From a virus (taxonomy: Duplodnaviria; Caudoviricetes): a DNA stretch of 29,304 bases. Below the pieces are notes generated by a model. The model made no database searches. It saw only the letters and a list, made by a program, of their open reading frames with translations, and was not told the DNA's origin. A program made the position numbers and the translations under genes. Positions 22,916 to 29,304 of this stretch are shown one piece after another. The stretch's first letter is position 1. Each line of letters opens with the position of its first letter. The stretch is from positions 1-29,304 of IMG/VR virus record IMGVR_UViG_3300006867_000057; one strand, written 5' to 3'.

Positions 22916-23910
22916 CTGGTGAAGCTCTCGGCAAGCTCAGCGACGACGCACTACTGAGCTGCTCACAGCTCCCGGCAATCGCTGGTCGCTCGCCGTATGC
23001 GACGCCCAACGACGTGTTGATACGCGCAAGCCAGGTCCGCCAGGCGCGCGCCAATAACCTGCCAGACCCGCCGCGAGAGTCGGCGGGCGAGGCAGCGGCC
23101 TGGGGCAACAAACTCGAAAAGACGATTTTGCAAGAGGCGGCCGACCGGCTTGGCCTGGACGTGCAGCTGGCGGTCACTGAGGCGGTGAGGCATGCAGAGC
23201 TCCCGCTGCAGGGCAGCCTCGACGGCATCTTGTGGGGCGACGGCCGCGTCGTGGAGCACGACCCGACCGCCGGCATATACGTCGTCGGCGCTGACCGCAT
23301 CGCACTGCAGGGGCCAGGCGTCCTCGAGGCAAAAGCTACGCGCGTGCGCCCACTGGACGAGCCGGCCGATTACCGTGGGCCTATTCAAGTGCAAGGCCTG
23401 ATGATGTGCTGCGGGTACACCTGGGGCGCAATCGCGACGCTGTATCAGGGGTCTGAGCTGCGGATTTACTTGGTAGGCCCGGACTTCGCGACCCAGGAGA
23501 AGATCCGCCAGGACTGTTTGGACTTCGAGGAGCGACTCGGGGTGTGGGCGCGCGATGGCGTAATGGACTACTACCCAGTGTTTTCTCCGAACGACGCGCA
23601 GCAGACCTTTGCTCGGGCTGAGGACGACCTGCCGGCCGTCGAGCTGGACAGCGAGCTGAGCCAGCTTGCGCTTGATCTGCTCGCCGCCCGCGCCGCCATC
23701 AAGCAGATGCAGGATCTCGCCAAAGCCTGCCAGACGCGCATAATGGACGCGATGGGTTTGCATACCCAGGCCATCGCGCGCGACGAGGCCGGCGAGGTTG
23801 TCGCGACTGTGAGCTGGGGCATGCAGGCCGCGCGCAAGGGCTACACGGTCGCCGCAAAGCCGCCGGCGCGTGCCGCTAGTCTCAAGGTCGAGGAGGTTAG
23901 CAATGAATGA
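22912..23910 (+). CDS. YqaJ / lambda-exonuclease-family nuclease
   Basis: 'G.SPY.TP', 'WGNKLE..I', 'GSLDG', 'LEAK' and 'IQVQGLMMC.G' motifs; ATG at 22912. Confidence 0.85.
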   Translation: MTGEALGKLSDDALLSCSQLPAIAGRSPYATPNDVLIRASQVRQARANNLPDPPRESAGEAAAWGNKLEKTILQEAADRLGLDVQLAVTEAVRHAELPLQGSLDGILWGDGRVVEHDPTAGIYVVGADRIALQGPGVLEAKATRVRPLDEPADYRGPIQVQGLMMCCGYTWGAIATLYQGSELRIYLVGPDFATQEKIRQDCLDFEERLGVWARDGVMDYYPVFSPNDAQQTFARAEDDLPAVELDSELSQLALDLLAARAAIKQMQDLAKACQTRIMDAMGLHTQAIARDEAGEVVATVSWGMQAARKGYTVAAKPPARAASLKVEEVSNE

Positions 23911-24118
23911 GAAGCTAGGGCTGACGCAGCGGCAGGCCGAGGCGCTCGAGTTTTTGCGTGCCTTCTTTGCGGAGCGCGGGTACAGCCCCAGTTACGCAGA
24001 GATTGGGAGAGCCTGCGGCTGCAACCTCAGCGGCGTGCAGCGCATCGTGCAGGCGCTTGAGGACCGTGGGCATGTGAGCCGCCGGCGCGGAGCCTGGCGG
24101 AGCATCAGCCTGCTCTGA
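23903..24118 (+). CDS. LexA-type DNA-binding-domain protein (no peptidase domain)
   Basis: 'LTQRQAEALEFL..F....GYSPSYAEI...V...V.ALE.RG.V.R..G..RSI'; AGGAGG SD. Confidence 0.85.
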   Translation: MNEKLGLTQRQAEALEFLRAFFAERGYSPSYAEIGRACGCNLSGVQRIVQALEDRGHVSRRRGAWRSISLL

Positions 24119-24536
24119 TCCTATCGGCCATCCGCGCCGCGCGTCCCGGTGTCTGCCGGGCGAAGCGGCTGTCTAGCAGCTCGTCCGCAGCCGTTTCGTA
24201 GTCGCCCGCCTCGAGCGCCGCCAGGTGCTTCTTGAAGCCGAGATACTTGGGCAGCCCAAGCTGGAACACAAGCTGCACGACGGCCTCGCGGACATTGGCG
24301 CTGGCGCTTGAGAACCACGGCAGGGCGCGGTCGCACTCGCCGGCGCAACGCTCGATGTCGCGGCGCAGCAGGTAGAGCGCTTCTTCTTCGTCGATGCCTA
24401 CGCCGTGTGCTTCGTGGATGCACCGGCCGATGCCGACGGTCACCAGGCCCAGGCTGTCGAGGTAGGCGAAGCGGCGGTAGCCTTCCTCGCGCCGCAGGTC
24501 TGCCGCGATGCGCTCGGTGTTAAGTATGACAGTCAC
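24105..24536 (-). CDS. Endolysin, T4-lysozyme-like (GH24)
   Basis: E-x8-D-x5-T catalytic triad 'EGYRRFAYLDSLGLVT'; 'AADELLDS..A.QTP.RA'. Confidence 0.9.
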   Translation of the reverse strand: MTVILNTERIAADLRREEGYRRFAYLDSLGLVTVGIGRCIHEAHGVGIDEEEALYLLRRDIERCAGECDRALPWFSSASANVREAVVQLVFQLGLPKYLGFKKHLAALEAGDYETAADELLDSRFARQTPGRAARMADRIRAG

Positions 24537-24904
24537 TTGCCGACGCCAGCCTTGCGCTCATATGTGCGCATGCCTGCGAGGCCCAGCATGCCGAGCAGCA
24601 GCGGCATCATCACGCTCATATCGGCCTGCGGCACGTCTACACCGAAACCCTGCGCCAGCGGCGAGACAAGGAAGTTGACAGCCAGCCCAGCGACGCATGC
24701 GTAACCTGTTGCCGGCCGCCAGCCGCTCTGGAACCAGCTGCCCCTCGCGTCTGCCTCATTCACCTTGATCTGCGCCAGAGCGATCTCTTGCGCATGCCGG
24801 TCAGCCATGGTCGCCAGCTCGAAGGCCAGGCGCTCGCGCTGGTCTTTGTCGGCGATAAACTTGTCCAGCAGTCCCGTCACCGGGCCGATAAGCGCTTCAA
24901 TCAT
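24533..24904 (-). CDS. Holin of the GTA_holin_3TM (DUF3154) family
   Basis: 'LIGPV.GLLDKFI.DKD', 'N..DA..S.FQSGWRP..G' and 'LLGMLGL.GMRTYE' motifs; adjacent to the lysozyme. Confidence 0.85.
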   Translation of the reverse strand: MIEALIGPVTGLLDKFIADKDQRERLAFELATMADRHAQEIALAQIKVNEADARGSWFQSGWRPATGYACVAGLAVNFLVSPLAQGFGVDVPQADMSVMMPLLLGMLGLAGMRTYERKAGVGK

Positions 24905-25118
24905 CTTGCTCTGCTCCATCGACATTAAACGTGTAGATCAGCGCGGTCTGCGTGACGCGAGCTGCGACTGCGCGCATTGCCTCGCGGAGCAGCTCCTCGG
25001 GCTCCGAGCCATCAGGCAGCTCAGCCCACACCTCGGCCAGGCGGGCGAGCGCGTCGGCGTACTGCCAGAGCAACGAGTTAGTCGCGTCGGCCGGCGACTG
25101 CGCCAGTTCGTCCGTCAC
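24897..25118 (-). CDS. Hypothetical protein, 73 aa
   Basis: Overlaps both neighbours (GTGA coupling) within the operon. Confidence 0.55.
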   Translation of the reverse strand: MTDELAQSPADATNSLLWQYADALARLAEVWAELPDGSEPEELLREAMRAVAARVTQTALIYTFNVDGAEQDD

Positions 25119-25438
25119 TTCAGCAGCTCTTTCATCGCCGCGCTGGCGCCCTTCCAGCGGATGCCCTCGTCGCTCGTGTAAGCGAGCAGCACGCGTAAGC
25201 GCTTCTGCAGAGGGCTACGAACGCGCGATATCGCGTAGGTATTGGAGCGCCCAGCCAGCCGGCGCCGGCTGTCGGTCTTAACGTCTACCAGCGCGACATA
25301 GCCGCGCGGGTGCACCGCCACCAGGTCCACCGGCCCGGAGAGCGCGAAGATCGGCGCGAACACCCACCAGCCCCGCCGGCTGAGATGCAGCGCGCAGATC
25401 GCCTCTGAGATCTGCCCGCGCTGGTGCTTGCCGTTCAT
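25115..25438 (-). CDS. Small PD-(D/E)XK endonuclease-like protein
   Basis: 'G.ISE......L...GW.VF', 'GPVDLVA' and 'DVKT' motifs. Confidence 0.7.
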   Translation of the reverse strand: MNGKHQRGQISEAICALHLSRRGWWVFAPIFALSGPVDLVAVHPRGYVALVDVKTDSRRRLAGRSNTYAISRVRSPLQKRLRVLLAYTSDEGIRWKGASAAMKELLK

Positions 25439-25785
25439 AATGTTGCAACCGGCGGGTGGCGGCCGTTGTGCATATGCTTCAGGGCCTCTACGTCGCGCGC
25501 GACGGTCGCGAGGCGCGCCTGTAGATCTGCTGTTTCTCGATGCCGCCGCTCCATAGTGGCCGGGTCCATCATGCTAGACAGCACGTCCACGCGTTGCGCG
25601 TGCATGCCCATCTCGCCCTCGTGCCGGTCGGTGCGGCTGTCCAGCCGGCGCAGTCGCGCCTCAATGTCGGCCAGGTGTTCGGCGATCTGCTTGATCTGCT
25701 GTTTAGCGACAGTCGTCGCGCCGACGACGCTGACCAGGATGCCGGCCAGCGTGATAATCAGGCGTAGATCGACAGCACCGTCCAA
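25435..25785 (-). CDS. Membrane-anchored coiled-coil protein (possibly lysis-associated)
   Basis: N-terminal TM 'LIITLAGILVSVVGATTV' followed by heptad repeats; TTG start. Confidence 0.65.
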   Translation of the reverse strand: MDGAVDLRLIITLAGILVSVVGATTVAKQQIKQIAEHLADIEARLRRLDSRTDRHEGEMGMHAQRVDVLSSMMDPATMERRHRETADLQARLATVARDVEALKHMHNGRHPPVATL

Positions 25786-25791
25786 CAGCTA

Positions 25792-26133
25792 TCACGCAGG
25801 CTTCGTCGGCCAGACTACATCGGCGGGGCTTGCGAAAGTCTGCGGCACATCGCGCAGAGCTTGTCTGTAGGCCGCTTCGCTCGCCGACATGGTACGATCT
25901 GAGACTGCCCACCAGTCCGTTTTTCCAAGCAAATCGTCACGCTCGCTGCGGATGTCCGCCCAAGTCAGCGCCGGTTGTGGTTCGCTCGCAAACACCCCAT
26001 TCGCGTAAAAGTGGGTGTCGCTAATAATGGTGTCATCGCAGTCCACCCATTGTAGTGAAGAATGGACCGGAAAGATTTGGTCGTCAGCGACGACTTGAGC
26101 GACACGCCCGCTTGCTTCGACTAGAGCCTTCAT
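25792..26133 (-). CDS. Tail fibre assembly chaperone 2
   Basis: 'IRSERD.LL..TDW' and 'YRQALRDVP...WPTKP' motifs; TAATG coupling. Confidence 0.85.
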   Translation of the reverse strand: MKALVEASGRVAQVVADDQIFPVHSSLQWVDCDDTIISDTHFYANGVFASEPQPALTWADIRSERDDLLGKTDWWAVSDRTMSASEAAYRQALRDVPQTFASPADVVWPTKPA

Positions 26134-26948
26134 TATTGATACTCCCAAACGATAACAATGCCGGAGCCGCCTGCGCCGCCGCTAGGATTGCCGTCGTCTG
26201 CATAAGCCCCACCACCGCCACCACCAGAATTAGCTTCTGCTGCCTCTCCGTCTGACGCGATTGCGCCGCGTCCGCCACCTTCGCCAGCACCGACTCCCGT
26301 GATGCTGTCCCAGGCTACGCCAGGAGCGATACCATTTCCGCCAGCCGCGCCTCGAAGATTTCTATCTCCACCAGAACCGGAACCACCGGCACCGCCTCGA
26401 ACATTTACAGCTACAGCACCACCTTGCCCCCCGGCACCGCCAGTCGCTGAACAGTGTGCTCCAAAAGAGGATGTGCCGCCCTGTGAACCGGAACCACCAG
26501 CACCACCCCCGGCGCCGAAGGCACCAATAGTCACGGTTTCACTGGAAATGGCTGAGACGTCTATGAGCTTTGCGGAGTACCCACCCTGTCCGCCGCCAGC
26601 GCCAACTTGGATGCCCGCCGTACTCGTAGCTGCACCGCCGCCACCACCACCGCCGCGAACCTCAACTTTTACTCGCGCAATGCCAGCAGGTTTCGTCCAA
26701 GTGCCGCTGGCAGTGAAAACCTGAACAGATGCTAGGTTGCCCGTGGCAGCAAGAGCCGCACGTTGCGCCGCCGCTGTGGCCGTCGAGGACATGACTGAGG
26801 AGAGGGCCGTGAGCGTGGCGCTTTCCGTTTGCGCACTGAGTGCCGTCCGCGCCGCGCTGGCAGTGGTCGCTCCCGTGCCGCCATCGGCAATGTCGATGCC
26901 GCCGGCAAGGGACTGGGCGAGGTCTGCTAGATCACGATTGAGTGTCAT
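26133..26948 (-). CDS. Second, short glycine-rich tail fibre or spike
   Basis: AGGAG SD with ATG at 26948; 'QVFTASGTWTKPAG...V.VEV.GGGGGGG' and 'GGAGGSGIVIVWEY' glycine-rich domain. Confidence 0.8.
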   Translation of the reverse strand: MTLNRDLADLAQSLAGGIDIADGGTGATTASAARTALSAQTESATLTALSSVMSSTATAAAQRAALAATGNLASVQVFTASGTWTKPAGIARVKVEVRGGGGGGGAATSTAGIQVGAGGGQGGYSAKLIDVSAISSETVTIGAFGAGGGAGGSGSQGGTSSFGAHCSATGGAGGQGGAVAVNVRGGAGGSGSGGDRNLRGAAGGNGIAPGVAWDSITGVGAGEGGGRGAIASDGEAAEANSGGGGGGAYADDGNPSGGAGGSGIVIVWEYQ

Positions 26949-26950
26949 GG

Positions 26951-27322
26951 TTAAGCTCCTGGCTTCGTCGGCCAAGCCGGGTTGGCGGGGTCAGAAGTGT
27001 TGGCAGGCAGATCGCGGAGGGCTTGGCGATAGGTTGCCCAAGCGGCGGGGACTGCCTCGCCGGCTTCTTGCGCCTTGACCACCACCCAGTCAGTATCCAT
27101 CAGCATGTTGTCACGCACTCGCCGCAGCGCGTCAAAAGCTACCTCTCGATTTGCTACTGTTTCATCGTATGCTGCGTAAGCAGCCTGTAATGCAGGCTGA
27201 TCTACGCCGTCGATGTGAAGGATGTTGTCTGCGTCTATGTAGCGCGGCAGCGAAGCATCAATGTTTGCATCGCGCAGAAAAATTCGCATCACTACCGGTC
27301 CGTTGAGTTGTACACTTGCCAT
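26951..27322 (-). CDS. Tail fibre assembly chaperone 1
   Basis: 'LRR.RD..L..TDW' and 'W.TYRQALRDLP...WPTKP' motifs; GGAG SD. Confidence 0.85.
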   Translation of the reverse strand: MASVQLNGPVVMRIFLRDANIDASLPRYIDADNILHIDGVDQPALQAAYAAYDETVANREVAFDALRRVRDNMLMDTDWVVVKAQEAGEAVPAAWATYRQALRDLPANTSDPANPAWPTKPGA

Positions 27323-27330
27323 GTTTTCTC

Positions 27331-29304
27331 CTATTCGTCGAAGTAAATCAGCATCACGTTGCCGGGATCGGCCCAGCCCCCGCCGGTATGATCGTGAAGT
27401 TGCCAGAACCTAATAACGTCACTAACGCTAAGTGAGTCGATGCCGCTTACCACTCCGCCTCGCGCAGAACTTGCGTATTGGGTGAGGCCGACATCCGAAG
27501 GGCTTCCGTTGTCACTCGCGCCTTGTGCAAAAAGTCGCGTACCCCCGCCAAGAGACACGCTATTTTTTTCGACGTATGTGCGAACGTAATACGTTCCATT
27601 CCCGTATGAGTTTCCACCGCCAAGCGTTCCGTTCCACACCATCATGTACTTCCCGGCCTTCTTGATGGTAATCGCATTGCCAGTCGTCGTCCCATCCACG
27701 ATTGCTTTGTTTTCATATACTGGCGTGGACATAGAAATCTGCGCCCATGTGTTGTCGGCAACGCTGGACACATAGGGCATCTTGCATGCGAACACGACTG
27801 CGCCTTGGATGACCGCGCCCGCGCCACCATAAGTCGATGCTTCTCTCGGCTTCAGCACACCGGAACTGTCAAGGATGATGCGCTGCTCACCAGCCGTCGC
27901 CGTCGAGATTTCGTTGTCTGCCGAGAAGTAGAGACCTGTGTCAGTGTCGCCAGTATTAGTTATTGCTGGCGCCGAGTTGCTGCCGTCCGCAGCCGAAATC
28001 GGGGAGCTTGCACTGAGAGTAGTGAACGAACCGGCGGCTGCGCTTGACCCGCCGATCACCGCGCCGTCGATAGTGCCGCCATTCAAGTCTATTGTGCTAA
28101 TCGTGCCGAGCGACGTGATGTCTGTATTCGCGCCAAGCAGCGCGTACTTCGCATCGCTCGCAGCCTTGCTGTAATAGTCTCCCGGTGCAGCCGCACCGTG
28201 GGCGATCACTTCGAGCTTGTCACCCGCAGTCAGCGCCGCCAGCCCGGTGATTGACGATCCGCTCGTCGCAGTGTAGTCGCCGTCGTTGAGCATCACGCCG
28301 TTGAGAAACACCATGATGAACCCAGCGTCATAGGCGAGGGTGTTAGCGTTGTCGTCGCCGCCGGTCACTGAAGTCTCGCCGCCGGACGCGGTGTACTCGA
28401 ACCGCTGGTAGACAGAGCTGATCGTCGATCCCGTCGCGACCCAACCGCTGCCGCTATAAACTTTCATCTCGCTAGCGGTGGTGTCGAAGTACAGCGCCCC
28501 GGTAATCAGAGCATCGCCGTCGTTGTCGAGCGCCGGAGCGCTGGACTTAGCGCCAAGGTACCTATCGTCAAAACTATCGTAGGACGCCGCCGCCGATGCG
28601 GCGCTGGACGATGCAGCCGACGCCGAAGTGCTTGCGTTTGACGCGGATGCGCTTGCAGCCGACGCGCTTGTGCTTGCGTTCGACGCAGAGGTGCTGGCCG
28701 AGCTGGCCGACGCGCTCGCCTTCGCGCTGTAGTGCTTGGCGGAGTATTCGCCGCCGCCGCCTGGAACGGCGGAATCTTCGGCTCGCTGCGCCCACTCTTT
28801 CGCGCTCCCGCCAGCGCCGGCCTGCGTGCCTTGCGCGTACTCTTTCGCACTGTAGCCGCTCGTGTCTACTGTGCCGGTTGTCTCAGTCGCCCACTCTTTC
28901 GCAGCGCCAGCGGCGGCGGTGTCCGTGACGCCCGTCCCGCCGACCGCCCATGCCTTCGCGCTGTAGCCCTCGCCGGTCTGCGCCTCGCCGTCGGTTTTCT
29001 TAGCCCAGGCCTCGGCCTCGTCGGCAAATCCGCTTGCACTCGTGGCAGAGGCCGCCGCGCTCGCCGCATCGACGAGGAGATCCCATTTGGCTACGTCCGC
29101 GTTGCTCGAGATAGGCTGTGAGCCGCTTGAGGTATGCGCCGTGTTAGCGAGGTAAATGTTGTTGTTGCTCGTATCCTTAATTATGTCGCGCTTATTGTAG
29201 GCAGTGCTTGCCGCCCAGTTGCCGCGCCATTGCCCGAGCACCTCCTGTGCCAGCGGGTTGCCGGTGGTGTCGTCAAAGGTGAGGATCTTGCCGAGGCGCG
29301 TCGC
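27331..29304 (-). CDS. Main tail fibre protein (5'-truncated by the window edge)
   Basis: Frame open to 29304 ('RLGKILTFD..GNP'); SAKxWA and Ser/Ala repeats; 'YDSFDDRYLG.K', 'GALYF' and 'DTDTGLY' fibre motifs; beta-rich tip. Confidence 0.85.
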   Translation of the reverse strand, partial: ATRLGKILTFDDTTGNPLAQEVLGQWRGNWAASTAYNKRDIIKDTSNNNIYLANTAHTSSGSQPISSNADVAKWDLLVDAASAAASATSASGFADEAEAWAKKTDGEAQTGEGYSAKAWAVGGTGVTDTAAAGAAKEWATETTGTVDTSGYSAKEYAQGTQAGAGGSAKEWAQRAEDSAVPGGGGEYSAKHYSAKASASASSASTSASNASTSASAASASASNASTSASAASSSAASAAASYDSFDDRYLGAKSSAPALDNDGDALITGALYFDTTASEMKVYSGSGWVATGSTISSVYQRFEYTASGGETSVTGGDDNANTLAYDAGFIMVFLNGVMLNDGDYTATSGSSITGLAALTAGDKLEVIAHGAAAPGDYYSKAASDAKYALLGANTDITSLGTISTIDLNGGTIDGAVIGGSSAAAGSFTTLSASSPISAADGSNSAPAITNTGDTDTGLYFSADNEISTATAGEQRIILDSSGVLKPREASTYGGAGAVIQGAVVFACKMPYVSSVADNTWAQISMSTPVYENKAIVDGTTTGNAITIKKAGKYMMVWNGTLGGGNSYGNGTYYVRTYVEKNSVSLGGGTRLFAQGASDNGSPSDVGLTQYASSARGGVVSGIDSLSVSDVIRFWQLHDHTGGGWADPGNVMLIYFDE

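Noticed and set aside
25792-27331. Invertible tail-fibre cassette driven by the serine recombinase
   Set aside because: Both modules are co-oriented, each has its own start, and no flanking inverted repeats were found.
28590-29060. Repeats in the tail fibre as a separate DNA repeat element
   Set aside because: They encode ordinary Ser/Ala-rich and SAKxWA shaft repeats, with synonymous variation.
25792-29304. Diversity-generating retroelement as in BPP-1
   Set aside because: No reverse transcriptase and no TR/VR repeat pair differing at adenines is visible in the window.

Overview
About 29 kb of a GC-rich, temperate, podovirus-type phage genome with no host genes visible. Its gene content resembles BPP-1/HTVC010P-like short-tailed phages, and an alphaproteobacterial host is inferred, not shown. 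Positions 1-18384 (minus strand) carry replication genes (Hjc-like resolvase, SSB-like protein, TOPRIM-SF4 primase-helicase with an iteron-rich origin), then packaging, head, tail-tube and internal-virion genes. Positions 18497-24118 (plus strand) form a divergent early arm: ArdA, a SprT-like protease, a serine recombinase, a wHTH protein, a tyrosine integrase, a likely intact attP matching a tRNA-Cys 3' end, a YqaJ exonuclease and a LexA-type HTH. Positions 24105-29304 (minus strand) carry two tail-fibre/chaperone modules and lysis genes. No DNA or RNA polymerase, CI-type repressor, CRISPR array or DGR was seen. The most interesting unexplained signals are non-coding. (1) A promoter-plus-terminator unit for a ~63-nt antisense sRNA with anti-Shine-Dalgarno seeds complementary to the ardA and integrase initiation regions. 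(2) Mutually exclusive RNA pairings spanning attP that could make translation depend on integration state. (3) Tandem 23-bp palindromes before the integrase. Family assignments come from motif recognition by eye; no searches were run.
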